From contig OZ220741.1 in assembly GCA_965116885.1 (NCBI GenBank), positions 2,176,001-2,240,000 on the forward strand: a stretch of DNA of 64,000 nt. Reading direction: 5' to 3'. The DNA comes from Candidatus Latescibacterota bacterium (lineage in GTDB: Bacteria; Latescibacterota; UBA2968). Positions 48,456-58,492 of this stretch are shown piece after piece. The stretch's first letter is position 1; each line of letters begins with the position of its first letter. Both the position numbers and the translations under genes were made by a program. The notes under the pieces are model-generated. The model made no database searches. It had not been told where the DNA came from and saw only the letters and a list, made by a program, of their open reading frames with translations.

Positions 48456-49814
48456 CTAACCTCGCAACCAGGCGCCTTCTGTGAATCTCTCGCCTAATCG
48501 ATTGCTAAGTTTTGTTGCGATATCTGGATTTTCACGGGCGATATTGTTCAGTTCATCTGGATCATTTTTTAGGTCGTAAAGCTCATTGATATCGTTTTGG
48601 TTTTCGATCAGTTTGTGTGTTTTCGTGCGGATCAACCTGAAATTGCGAATTTGGCTGACCGATTCTGTGCGGTGATCATCCGTCTCGCCTCTTAAAACGG
48701 GTCCCAGTGACTGCGCGTCGATATTTTCCTGTGGTGGCAATCCGGCCCATTCGCAGATTGTCGCGTTGGTATCGATCAATTCTACCGGTTCATCCGACAC
48801 CCTGCCCCCTTCAATACCAGGTCCAGCCACGATAAGCGGCACGCGCAACGATGCCTCATAGGGCACGCTCTTGCCATAAAGCCCGTGATCGCCGAGCATT
48901 TCACCGTGGTCGCTGGCAAAAATAATGTACGTGTTGTCCATCATGCCCCGCTTTTCAACCGCGTCTAATATTTCGCCAATTTGAGCGTCAATTAACTCGA
49001 TATATGCACAATATTGCCGTCGCGTCTTTAGAATCTCAGCCTCGGTCAGACCTTTTCTGCTGCTTTCGACATTTCTGGGTTTACCTTTGCTTGTTGCTGG
49101 AATCGGAGCTGGCATTTCGGCATTGCGATATCGATCTGCATATTCAGTCGGCGGATCAAATGGGCTGTGTGGCCCCACAAAACTCACAAACAAATGCCAG
49201 GGGAAATCGTCTGGTATGTCTTCGATCCACTGTACAGATCGCTGTCCGATGTACGTATCTGCAAATGCTTCTGTTGGGAGTATCGAATCGTGACTTGTTC
49301 TGGGGCCACTTCGCGCTGAATAATCATCGACAAACGCATCGAGTAATCCTTTTTCTTTTAAAAAATGATTGTAGGGTCCCTGGGGAATTCTGCCCCTGCC
49401 AGCATGGCTTTTGCCTTCGACTTCAACGGGATGCGTGAACCCCCACATATACGTAGCTGGCCTATCTCCGTCGCGTCCGTTGTACCCATCGGGTTTTGCC
49501 AGATCCAGTTTGCCCACGCAGCCTACGTAGTAATTGTGATCGCGTAGCCGTTGGTAATACGTTGTGGCTGTGCGCGGCAGAAAGTTGTTGTTACCCAGTG
49601 CTCCCAGGCGAACGGGTTGCAGGCCGGATGCGACCACAATGCGAGATGGCGCGCAAACCGGACAATTTGTTATACATTGTGTAAACTGAATGCCGCGCTC
49701 GGCCAGCCGGTCCAGATTGGGTGTTTTGACAAAATCAGCGCCCATTGATCCCAGATAATCCCATCGGTGCTGGTCGTCCATGATATAGAGAATATTCGGT
49801 CGATTTTGAGACAT
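48456..49814 (-). CDS. Sulfatase (formylglycine-dependent, choline-sulfatase-like)
   Basis: RPNILYIMDDQHR, CAPSR, GPHSP, SDHGEMLGDH, ELYDLKNDPDE. Confidence 0.92.
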   Translation of the reverse strand: MSQNRPNILYIMDDQHRWDYLGSMGADFVKTPNLDRLAERGIQFTQCITNCPVCAPSRIVVASGLQPVRLGALGNNNFLPRTATTYYQRLRDHNYYVGCVGKLDLAKPDGYNGRDGDRPATYMWGFTHPVEVEGKSHAGRGRIPQGPYNHFLKEKGLLDAFVDDYSARSGPRTSHDSILPTEAFADTYIGQRSVQWIEDIPDDFPWHLFVSFVGPHSPFDPPTEYADRYRNAEMPAPIPATSKGKPRNVESSRKGLTEAEILKTRRQYCAYIELIDAQIGEILDAVEKRGMMDNTYIIFASDHGEMLGDHGLYGKSVPYEASLRVPLIVAGPGIEGGRVSDEPVELIDTNATICEWAGLPPQENIDAQSLGPVLRGETDDHRTESVSQIRNFRLIRTKTHKLIENQNDINELYDLKNDPDELNNIARENPDIATKLSNRLGERFTEGAWLRG

Positions 49815-49840
49815 AGGTTCTCCATTCTTTGATGTTGTTG

Positions 49841-51754
49841 TCAGGGGTTGTTAAATTTTGATACGGTATCCAGGCTAAGGCCTCCGCGGATGAATGTTTC
49901 CCAACTGTGTACGGGGAGTTCTTTCAAGATATTCAGGAGATTTTCCCGGTTGATTTGAGAAACTTCATCCGGGCTCAAGTTGACCAGGCGAATCAGCGCG
50001 TCCATGGCGAATCCGACGTCGATGACATTTTTGTCCGTTCGGATGATGTCTTTTAAGGTTTCGATTGTTGGCTCAAGTGTATTGCCGAGGATTTTGGTGC
50101 CGTGGGAACAGAGGATGACGATGGACCACAGGGCGTTTTCCCGGACGGCAGAGCGAACAGGCTCATAGCGGTCGAGGCCAAAATCGACGCCACCGCCTTC
50201 GCAGACGTCGCAGTCGTCGGTTGGGCGAACAAATTTGATGCTTCGTTTTTGTGCTTTGTCCATGCCAGGGCGGTTTTCTTCGCGGCTGAGGCTTTGCAAG
50301 AGCGCATCGATGCAAGCGGGGATCAGGTCAGTGCCTGTGCCGGTAGCCACTGCACGGCGACCCAAACAGCCCAGGGTTCCCGCGGCTACAGAGCGGACAT
50401 AGACAGAGGAGTCGTTGTGTAAGCGGGTGGTAACTGCGTTCAGCACGTTCTTTGTGAGATGGCTGGCGTCGCCCAGGCCATAGACGCCTGCTTTGCGAAT
50501 CCATTTGATGGGCGATTGGGTTGCTTCGATGAGTGTGTCTGTCGCGTCTGGTCCCACGGCGATCAGGCCATAAGTGGCTGCGCGTCGCACATTTTCGCGG
50601 TCGGTATAGAGCGCGCGTCCGAGAAATTTGGTGGCCAATGCCGGGTCGCCAATTGAGGCGAGTTTGTAAGCTGCCCCAATTCGAGCGGGTTCAGCTTCGT
50701 CATATTTGGCGTGGAGTTGTTCGAATAGGGCCTGGGCTTCGCGCTCTTTTTTTGGGGGCGAAGCAGATTCTGATTCGGGACGCGGTGGCGGTGCCTGGCC
50801 GGTTTTGATCCAGTGATGATGATAGCGCCACACTTCGGTGGCATCGTCTGGTGCTTCGGAGAGGTTGACGCTGGTGATGGGATCGATGCCGAGGTCGTTC
50901 ATTGGTACAAGGGTTGTTGACCCGTTGGGTGATGGATCGGTGGTGCGGTAGAGCCAGAAGCGCCACATAAAGCGCGGGTTGTCGTCCCAGGTGCGCCAGT
51001 CATCGCGCCGATGGTTGCCTCTGTGGAAGGTGTTGTGCGAGTAGATGATTACGCTGCCTGCACGGAGTGGTCCTGCTTCAAAGGGGAGTACGAGAGGCCA
51101 TTGTGTGTTGGTGACGGCATCGCGCATGCGAATGTCGTGGGCGGTGCGCTGGTTGACGATGTCTTCGATGTCGTATTTGGATTGGGGACCACTGACGTGT
51201 TCGCTTTGCATGTCGAAGAAGTAGGCAAAATCGAGGTGGTCTGCGCCCGCAAAGTTGTCGTGGTTTTCTTCGTGGTTAAAGGTCCAATATTGTGAGTAGG
51301 GGATGGTTGCTGTGGGCCCCATTTCTGCGGTGACATCTTGAGGATAGTACAGCATTTCCAGTTGGATGGCCTGATGGTGGCGCTGTTTTCGGCTGTTGTA
51401 GGGACCGTTGTCGTCTTTGTGCCAGTGTTGATCTCTGGGTCCACTGGTAAAGACTGCGTTGTGGGTAAAGGGGACGATGGCCCAGTTTTTACCTGCGAGC
51501 TGGTCGCAGGCTGAGACGAGGCCGGGTGCGTTGAGGACTTCGAGTACGTCGGGGATGATGCCTGTTGTGACGCGTTTTTTTTCGCTTAAAGCCTTTTTTT
51601 CGCGGTCGTAAACGCGTTTGTGGATTTCGGCGGGGATGCCCAGGTCTTCGGGGGCGAGTATGACTATGCCCCGGCTTGCAAAATCTGTGACCAGACGGTC
51701 GGGTGTGGTATATGTGAGGGGGGTAAAATCAGATGTTCGGGCGCGGGAACTCAT
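49841..51754 (-). CDS. PhyH-like Fe/2OG dioxygenase fused to a HEAT-repeat domain
   Basis: WHKD and FHRG in the N-terminal half; VRRAATYGL, IRKAGVYGLG, VRSVAAGTLG repeats in the C-terminal half. Confidence 0.78.
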   Translation of the reverse strand: MSSRARTSDFTPLTYTTPDRLVTDFASRGIVILAPEDLGIPAEIHKRVYDREKKALSEKKRVTTGIIPDVLEVLNAPGLVSACDQLAGKNWAIVPFTHNAVFTSGPRDQHWHKDDNGPYNSRKQRHHQAIQLEMLYYPQDVTAEMGPTATIPYSQYWTFNHEENHDNFAGADHLDFAYFFDMQSEHVSGPQSKYDIEDIVNQRTAHDIRMRDAVTNTQWPLVLPFEAGPLRAGSVIIYSHNTFHRGNHRRDDWRTWDDNPRFMWRFWLYRTTDPSPNGSTTLVPMNDLGIDPITSVNLSEAPDDATEVWRYHHHWIKTGQAPPPRPESESASPPKKEREAQALFEQLHAKYDEAEPARIGAAYKLASIGDPALATKFLGRALYTDRENVRRAATYGLIAVGPDATDTLIEATQSPIKWIRKAGVYGLGDASHLTKNVLNAVTTRLHNDSSVYVRSVAAGTLGCLGRRAVATGTGTDLIPACIDALLQSLSREENRPGMDKAQKRSIKFVRPTDDCDVCEGGGVDFGLDRYEPVRSAVRENALWSIVILCSHGTKILGNTLEPTIETLKDIIRTDKNVIDVGFAMDALIRLVNLSPDEVSQINRENLLNILKELPVHSWETFIRGGLSLDTVSKFNNP

Positions 51755-51878
51755 GTTTCAGGTTCTCCTTTGGGGTTGAGAGAAATTTGATTTTTAGATC
51801 ATTTTCCGGTACTATGTCTATTGGCTTTGTTATGATACAAAAATTTTATGTCTGGGTAAACAGGGTATCAACTCTTAT

Positions 51879-52559
51879 ATGACAGCTCTAATCGTTTTTG
51901 TCAAAAATCCAATTCCCGGTGCGGTCAAGACCCGCTTGCAGACGCGCTATGCACCCGATCAGGTTGCTGATCTGTACACTGCGTTTGTGCGCGATGTGCT
52001 GGCCCGGGCAGAGCGTATTGATGTCGATAGACGGGTGATCGCTTTTGATCCGCCCGATGCAGAGTCCAGGGTTCGCGCACTTTTTGGTGGTGGGGTGAAG
52101 GCTCAATGGCAGTTCGTTCCCCAGGTGCAGGATGACCTCGGTGTGCGTATGCGAGAAGCACTGGTTCAACAACTCGATGCAGGTGCATCAGCAACTGTTC
52201 TCATTGGGACGGATATCCCTTCTCTTCCAGTTCACCATATTACACAGGCATTCGATTTGTTGCGTACAGTGGATGTTGTTTTAGGTCCGAGTACAGATGG
52301 TGGATACTATCTCGTTGGTGTTTCAAAATCCATACCGGAGATTTTCGAGGGTGTGGAATGGAGCACGTCCAGCGTTTTGTCGCAGACCATTGACCGCGTT
52401 CAGCGCGCAGGGAATACGCTCGGTCTTGTTCCCCCCTGGTTTGATGTGGATACGCCAGAGGAACTCGATTTTGTTCTCGCCCATGCGCGCGCTACAATAC
52501 TCGCTACGGGCATAGATCTCCTACCGCATACGCATGGCTGCTTGTCGAACTTGACTTGA
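51879..52559 (+). CDS. TIGR04282/DUF2064 family glycosyltransferase-like protein
   Basis: FVKNPIPGAVKTRL, DLGVRM, IGTDIP, LGPSTDGGYYLVG, FDVDTPEEL. Confidence 0.88.
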   Translation: MTALIVFVKNPIPGAVKTRLQTRYAPDQVADLYTAFVRDVLARAERIDVDRRVIAFDPPDAESRVRALFGGGVKAQWQFVPQVQDDLGVRMREALVQQLDAGASATVLIGTDIPSLPVHHITQAFDLLRTVDVVLGPSTDGGYYLVGVSKSIPEIFEGVEWSTSSVLSQTIDRVQRAGNTLGLVPPWFDVDTPEELDFVLAHARATILATGIDLLPHTHGCLSNLT

Positions 52560-52611
52560 TCTTTTTGGGCGCGTATCTTGCGAAGCCATCATTTCGAGAT
52601 AGGAGTTCTCA

Positions 52612-53580
52612 ATGGTTATTCGCTATATTCTCGCGCTTTTTTTTGCTTTCTCTTGTTTGCATCCCGCAATTGCTCAGGAACGCTACAAATTTGCTTTTGT
52701 CACGCATGGCGGACCGGGAAATCCATTCTGGAATGTGGTGATTAAGGGTATGGAAGATGCGGCCAGGCGCTATGACGTGGATGTGCAATGGCTGAGCAAT
52801 CCCACCTTTTCAATTGCGGATATGCCCAATTTTCTCGACGACGCTATCGCAAACAAGGTCAACGGTATTGGCATTACGTGCCCGGATCCCGAAGCTATTC
52901 GGGAGAGTGTTGAGCGCGCACACGCGGCGGGTATTCCCATTGTTGTGCTCAATACGGCTGATCCCAACGCGGGGGGAGATCATGCACTGCCTACGCAATT
53001 TTACGTGGGGGCCAGCGAGTATCTCGGCGGTCAATCCAATGCAAGAGCTATTCTCGCCGAGGCGGAAAAGCGCGGGATAGCGGTTCAACGCGCCGTATGT
53101 CCTATACAGGAACTCGGGCACAGTGGTCTCGAAGCGCGGTTTGCTGGTTTTTCGAGTATTTTTGAGGAGAGAGGTATTGTTGTTGATGGCTTGACCATAT
53201 CTAATGATGTCGAGCAGTCTGCTGGCTTGTTGCGCGACTATTTTCTCGGGCATCCCGAAACCAATGCCATCGCTACCCTGGGACCACTGCCAGCGGATGC
53301 TTTTTATCTTTTTGTTGAGGAAGAGGGGAAAAAAGCTGGGGAAATTTTACATGTTACCCACGATACGAGTACGTCTATATTTGACCATATTCGGAGGGGA
53401 TATACGGTTCAGGCTGTCGATCAACAGCCCTATTTGCAGGGTTATCTGACTGTTTCTTTTTTGTATTTGAATAATGCCTATGGTCTTACGCTCGCACAGG
53501 ATGTGCTCACAGGTCCTTTCGCCATTAATGCAACAAATGTTGATCGCATTGCCAGATTAGTGGCTGCAGGTTATAGATAG
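52612..53580 (+). CDS. Sugar ABC transporter substrate-binding protein (Peripla_BP_4)
   Basis: Signal peptide, NPFWNVV, AGIPIVVLN, VDQQPYLQGY. Confidence 0.9.
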   Translation: MVIRYILALFFAFSCLHPAIAQERYKFAFVTHGGPGNPFWNVVIKGMEDAARRYDVDVQWLSNPTFSIADMPNFLDDAIANKVNGIGITCPDPEAIRESVERAHAAGIPIVVLNTADPNAGGDHALPTQFYVGASEYLGGQSNARAILAEAEKRGIAVQRAVCPIQELGHSGLEARFAGFSSIFEERGIVVDGLTISNDVEQSAGLLRDYFLGHPETNAIATLGPLPADAFYLFVEEEGKKAGEILHVTHDTSTSIFDHIRRGYTVQAVDQQPYLQGYLTVSFLYLNNAYGLTLAQDVLTGPFAINATNVDRIARLVAAGYR

Positions 53581-53589
53581 GGATTTCTG

Positions 53590-54768
53590 TTGAAGCCTTA
53601 TGACGCCATTCGCACCCGCCTTGCGCGCTCTCCAGAAGCTGGCGCCGCAGCGGGTTTTTCCGTTATATTTTTGGTTTTCGCACTCGCCACGCCAGATACA
53701 TTTCTCTCCCATAGCGCGATTTCTTCCATTCTCAATAGTCAAGCCGTTCCAGGCATCCTTGCGATCGGTATTACGCTGTTGATGATTTCTGGAGAGTTTG
53801 ACCTTTCAGTTGGTTCTATTCTGGGGGTGTCTTCTCTCGCATTTCTCTATGCGACTGTAAATGGTGTGCCTGTTTTGCTCGCGGCAGGAATTGGATTACT
53901 CGTCGGCTGTTTGCTCGGTTTGATCAACGGATTGCTTCTCGTATCGACGGGTATTCCTTCTTTTATTATTACGCTGGGGACGATGCTCGCGTATCGCGCT
54001 ATTCCACTTACGGCTATTTCCGGTGGGCGCATTATCCGATATGCCGATTATTCGCGCGAGTCTCCGATTCTCGAAGTGCCCGGTCCAGTGGTTTTTATTT
54101 TAACGCTCGCACTTTTTTTTCTCGTTCTGTGGATAGCGCGGGATATCTGGCGGGCGAGAAATCAGTCCGTAAAGTCCAAAATCCTGGTTGCTGCAGCGCT
54201 TCTTTTTATCGCTTATCTCGTCATTGAGGCACTTATACCCCATCCTTTGGTGCCGGTTAAAATTGATTTTTTTTACGCGCTCAACGGACGCATTGAACCG
54301 GGGAACTACCGCACTGGCATTCTGTGGTGGATAGGGCTGACTGCGGTTTTTGCGATTATTTTGAGTCAGTCTCGTTTTGGCAATGCTGTTTTTGCTACGG
54401 GGGGCAATGCCCAGGCGGCGCGTTTGCAGGGTATTCGGATTGACCGCGTGCGCGTGACCAATTTTGTTATTTCGGGATTTCTCGCTGCGCTCGCGGGTAT
54501 TATTCAGGTCGCACGCCTCAAAAGCGTTGATCCTCTGCGCGGTACGGGGCTGGAACTCGAGGTCATCGCCGCGGTCGTCATTGGTGGCACGCTGCTTACA
54601 GGGGGTTATGGCAGTTTGATCGGTTCGGCTATTGGCACTGCGCTGACCGGTATGTTGCGTACGGGGCTTGTACTTATGCAGGTTCCTTCCAATGCTTTTA
54701 GAGGGGCTATTGGCGCTATTATGATTGCGGCTGTTGTGATTAACAATTTTGTGCGGAAAGAACGCTGA
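53590..54768 (+). CDS. Sugar ABC transporter permease (BPD_transp_2)
   Basis: ISGEFDLSVGS, IPSFIITLG, FATGGNAQAARLQGI, ELEVIAAVVIGG; extra internal TM hairpin. Confidence 0.9.
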   Translation: MKPYDAIRTRLARSPEAGAAAGFSVIFLVFALATPDTFLSHSAISSILNSQAVPGILAIGITLLMISGEFDLSVGSILGVSSLAFLYATVNGVPVLLAAGIGLLVGCLLGLINGLLLVSTGIPSFIITLGTMLAYRAIPLTAISGGRIIRYADYSRESPILEVPGPVVFILTLALFFLVLWIARDIWRARNQSVKSKILVAAALLFIAYLVIEALIPHPLVPVKIDFFYALNGRIEPGNYRTGILWWIGLTAVFAIILSQSRFGNAVFATGGNAQAARLQGIRIDRVRVTNFVISGFLAALAGIIQVARLKSVDPLRGTGLELEVIAAVVIGGTLLTGGYGSLIGSAIGTALTGMLRTGLVLMQVPSNAFRGAIGAIMIAAVVINNFVRKER

Positions 54769-54776
54769 GGCTATAT

Positions 54777-55526
54777 GTGGCTTTGCTCGAACTCAAAAAT
54801 ATCGGTCGCCGATTTGGGCATATTGTCGCGCTGAAAGGTATTGATTTCACGCTTGAGGATGGTGAAGTTCTCGCGCTTTTAGGCGATAATGGGGCGGGTA
54901 AATCTACGCTGATTAAGGTGATTACGGGTGTTTATCCGCCGAGTGAAGGCGATATGTATTTTGAGGATGAGATCATTCGGTTCGACTCGCCGCAGGATGC
55001 CCGAGATCTGGGTATTGAGACCGTTTATCAGGATCTCGCGCTCGTGCCGAGTATGAGCATTGCGCGCAATTTTTATCTGGGGAGAGAACTCGTCAAGCGG
55101 GTCGGTCCGTTTGCGCTTTTCGACCAGGCTGCGATGGATGCAGGTGCGGCTGCGGCGCTGGGTGAGATAGGTATTCACATTCGCAATGCTGACGAATCCG
55201 TTGCCCGTCTTTCCGGTGGCGAGCGACAGTCGATTGCCATCGCCCGCGCCCTTCACTTTGGGTCTCGCGTGCTCATTCTCGATGAGCCGACTTCTGCCCT
55301 TTCTGTTGGCGAAACGCGCAAGGTGCTCGGCTATATTGCGGCTGCTAAAGAAAAAGGATTGGGAGTTATTTTTATTACGCATAATATTACCCATGTGTTT
55401 GAAGTTGCCGATCGGGCAACGATTCTCAGTCACGGCGAAAAGGTCGGCGATTTTCCGATCTGCAATGTCACGCAGGACGATGTCGCGGCTATGGTGATGG
55501 GGCAGGGTATCCCTGAACATCTTTAG
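54777..55526 (+). CDS. Sugar ABC transporter ATP-binding protein
   Basis: GDNGAGKST, LSGGERQ, LILDEPT, ITH. Confidence 0.93.
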   Translation: MALLELKNIGRRFGHIVALKGIDFTLEDGEVLALLGDNGAGKSTLIKVITGVYPPSEGDMYFEDEIIRFDSPQDARDLGIETVYQDLALVPSMSIARNFYLGRELVKRVGPFALFDQAAMDAGAAAALGEIGIHIRNADESVARLSGGERQSIAIARALHFGSRVLILDEPTSALSVGETRKVLGYIAAAKEKGLGVIFITHNITHVFEVADRATILSHGEKVGDFPICNVTQDDVAAMVMGQGIPEHL

Positions 55527-55648
55527 ACGAATAGACGAATGGAAATACATACTGGTTTTGGGAGGATGGGCGGGGTTCGTTGATGAACTGGCCTGAGAAG
55601 CGGCCAGTTGTACCCCGTTCCGTTGATTCGTTGATTCGCATTAATCCT

Positions 55649-57031
55649 ATGTCCAAACCACTCGAAACGACAGTAGAATCCACTGAGCGCAAAGTCGATC
55701 TTTCGCTAACCGGGAAGATCCTCGGTATGACCTTGCCCGTTGCTGCGGGCGGTCAGATCGAGAGTGTTGTACTCATGGTTCAACTTATTTTTATTGGGAT
55801 GCTCGGTCCTGCCGCCCTTTCTGCGGTGGGTATTGCTCAGGTGTTTACGCGCGTGCTCTTTACGGCGATGATGTCCATTTCGAGAGGCGCGCTGACAATG
55901 GTCGCGCAGGCGATTGGCGCAGATTCTATGCGCGAAGCCAGTGCATCGGCGAAGCAGGCGTTTTCTCTGCTTTTTTTCTTCAGTATCGCTTTTGGCCTGG
56001 GCAGTTTGGCCCTTTCGCCTTTTTTGATTCCGATGATGACCTCTGATCCGAAGGTAGCAGCTATGGGTACGCCGTATTTACAGGTTTTTTTTCTGGGCGT
56101 TCCCTTTATGACGCTGAATCGCGCGATTACGAGTTGCTTCCAGGGGGCTGGGGATACGCGTACACCTTTCTTTTTGAGTTTGATCAGTAGTAGCATTCAA
56201 ATTGTCATGTGTTATCTCCTCATTTTTGGTTACTGGGGTTTGCCGGAGATGGGCGTTGTGGGAGCTGCTGTGGCTGGTCTTTTGGGGCGCAGTACGGCAA
56301 CATTGATCGGACTTGGGTGTCTTTATAGCGGGCGTTTTGCGCTCACGCTTTTGCCCGATACATCTTACAGGTTTAACTGGGGCGTTGCGCGCCGTATCCT
56401 CAAAATTGGCGTGCCTTCCGGGCTTCAGGGGATTTTGCGCAATGGCTCAGGTGTGGTTTATCTCAAACTCATTGCCATGTCCACATTATCTACAACTGCG
56501 GTTGCAGCGTATGCGATTGGGAGTCAATTGGAACACATTTTGCGGCGAACCGGTCTGTCTTTTGGTACGGTTGCGACAGCTATGGTGGGGCAGCATTTGG
56601 GGGCGAAAGATCCCGCGGGTGCAGAGCGCCACGGTTGGACTATTCTCTTTATTTCAGTTGTGACCAATATCGCGCTGTCGCTGCCTGCTGTGGTGTTTGC
56701 TGGACTTTTTATGTCGGTCTTTACGGATGCACAAGAGGTGATCAGTACCGGTATCATTTATCTTTATGCGATGGTCGTTGCCGAACCATTTTTGTGTGCC
56801 TCCAATACGAGTAGTGGTAGTCTCAGAGGTGCTGGCGATACGATGCCTCCGATGTATTATACTCTGATTGCCCAGTGGCTGGTTCGCCTGCCTGTCGCTT
56901 ATGTTCTGGGGTTTATGCTTGGGTTTGATATTTACGGGATATGGGCCGCGCTTATTGTTTACAGTATTGTACAGGGAGTCCTTACTGTTCGCAAGTTCGC
57001 TCAGGGCCATTGGAAGATGCATCAGATTTAA
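55649..57031 (+). CDS. MATE family efflux transporter
   Basis: LGPAALSAVG, GAGDTRTP, MGVVGAA, LKIGVPS, LRGAGDT. Start reset to 55649. Confidence 0.9.
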   Translation: MSKPLETTVESTERKVDLSLTGKILGMTLPVAAGGQIESVVLMVQLIFIGMLGPAALSAVGIAQVFTRVLFTAMMSISRGALTMVAQAIGADSMREASASAKQAFSLLFFFSIAFGLGSLALSPFLIPMMTSDPKVAAMGTPYLQVFFLGVPFMTLNRAITSCFQGAGDTRTPFFLSLISSSIQIVMCYLLIFGYWGLPEMGVVGAAVAGLLGRSTATLIGLGCLYSGRFALTLLPDTSYRFNWGVARRILKIGVPSGLQGILRNGSGVVYLKLIAMSTLSTTAVAAYAIGSQLEHILRRTGLSFGTVATAMVGQHLGAKDPAGAERHGWTILFISVVTNIALSLPAVVFAGLFMSVFTDAQEVISTGIIYLYAMVVAEPFLCASNTSSGSLRGAGDTMPPMYYTLIAQWLVRLPVAYVLGFMLGFDIYGIWAALIVYSIVQGVLTVRKFAQGHWKMHQI

Positions 57032-57038
57032 TCGTTTA

Positions 57039-57067
57039 TAGACAATTGGTTGGTTTGGGTATATAAT
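57039..57067 (+). promoter_or_regulatory. Sigma70-like promoter of the metal cluster
   Basis: TAGACA-N17-TATAAT. Confidence 0.65.
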
Positions 57068-57120
57068 CATACATTATGCCGATTCGCAGGGGATTTTCAT
57101 TGTCACCATCAGGAGGATGA

Positions 57121-58383
57121 TTGATGCCAAAATTATGTTATCGATACGCCTTCGTATTGTGTGGCCTGATATTGATGTCATGGACGACACTGGTTGCCGA
57201 GACAAGGGTGCTGGGAAATGCCCGGGCCAGTGTCGCTTTAACGCGTTTTGTGCAAGCTGTTGTCGATTCCAATTACCGCGTGCAGGCGGCACGCGCGGGT
57301 TTAGAAGCGAGCAGTGCGTTTAGGGATGCCGCGTCGCGTCCCCTCTACAATCCCGAATTGTCGTTGGATGCTGAGAATGCACAGGCCAGGATACGCACAC
57401 TATCGATTAGTCAGACACTGGACTGGGGCGGCAAACGCAAGGCGCGTACCGCAGTGGCGGAGTTGGACCGGCTCGTTGCCGAGGCGGAGTATCTGGATGC
57501 CCGATGGGCGGTTGCGGTAGATTTGCTCAATGGTCTCGTGCAATACCAGACTGGCGTTGAACGCGCTCGCCTGGCCCGGACGCGCCAGCAGTTGATGGAG
57601 GAGTTTGCGACATTGGCGCAGCGCCAGTTTGAGGCTGGCGAGTTAGATCAGGTGGCACTTGATCAGGCTCTCCTTTCCCTTACCGAGGTGCGCATTCAAA
57701 AAGCAATGGTGGCCGCAGATCTGGCCGAGGCGCAGCAAGCGGTGTACAGCCTTGGCCCGCGAATACCCGAGGCGCAGTGGCCCTCTCTTCCCGAAAAATT
57801 ACCAGAGATACCTGAGCAAAGTGCTGATTCGCAGGCTCTGGTTCTGGCACTACCCGGGGTTGTAGCTGCGCGGCAGCGAGTCACTATGGCTGATGCTGTG
57901 GTGGGATTGCAACGACGCGAACGTCGCCCAGACCCGACACTGAGTTTCACTGGTGGGTACGAAGATGGCGAAAGGTTGATCGGTTTGGGTCTGTCCATTT
58001 CGCTTCCATTCAGGAACCGCTTTGCACATGAAATTACCGCAGCTATGGCAGAGCGCGTCCAGGCGCAACAACTCGCCGATGACGCAGTGCAGATGGCACA
58101 CGCTTCCCTGACCAGTGCGGCAGAGCGCTACGGGTTATCGCGCTCTGCTTGGGATGCTTGGGAACAGTTGGGACGGAAAAGTCTGGACCGAAAAAGCGAG
58201 GAACTGCGCCGACTCTGGCAAGCCGGGGATATGGATATGGCTGACTATTTTGGACAATTGGGAGAGGCTCTGGATGTACGAGAAAGTATCATTGATCTAC
58301 GCGGTCAGACCTGGCAGGCCTGGTTTGAGTGGCTCCGCGCATCGGGTCAGGTGAATGTCTGGCTCGATCTTACACATGAATGA
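57121..58383 (+). CDS. TolC-family outer membrane protein (CzcC-like)
   Basis: YNPELSL, SQTLDWGGKRKAR, FEAGELD, LSISLP, WQAGDM. Confidence 0.85.
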   Translation: MMPKLCYRYAFVLCGLILMSWTTLVAETRVLGNARASVALTRFVQAVVDSNYRVQAARAGLEASSAFRDAASRPLYNPELSLDAENAQARIRTLSISQTLDWGGKRKARTAVAELDRLVAEAEYLDARWAVAVDLLNGLVQYQTGVERARLARTRQQLMEEFATLAQRQFEAGELDQVALDQALLSLTEVRIQKAMVAADLAEAQQAVYSLGPRIPEAQWPSLPEKLPEIPEQSADSQALVLALPGVVAARQRVTMADAVVGLQRRERRPDPTLSFTGGYEDGERLIGLGLSISLPFRNRFAHEITAAMAERVQAQQLADDAVQMAHASLTSAAERYGLSRSAWDAWEQLGRKSLDRKSEELRRLWQAGDMDMADYFGQLGEALDVRESIIDLRGQTWQAWFEWLRASGQVNVWLDLTHE

Positions 58384-58492
58384 GTTTGAAGTTAAAAAAA
58401 CTGCAAATACAAATGAAAATGATAAAGGCCAACAACCGCCCGGGTTGATGGCCAGCACGTCAACATGGGTCTGGCAGAAGAGGTGAGGTCAA

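Noticed and set aside
55574..55640. TPP riboswitch (GGGG..CTGAGA..ACCC)
   Set aside because: The downstream ACCTGAT and GCGxAGGGA elements are missing.
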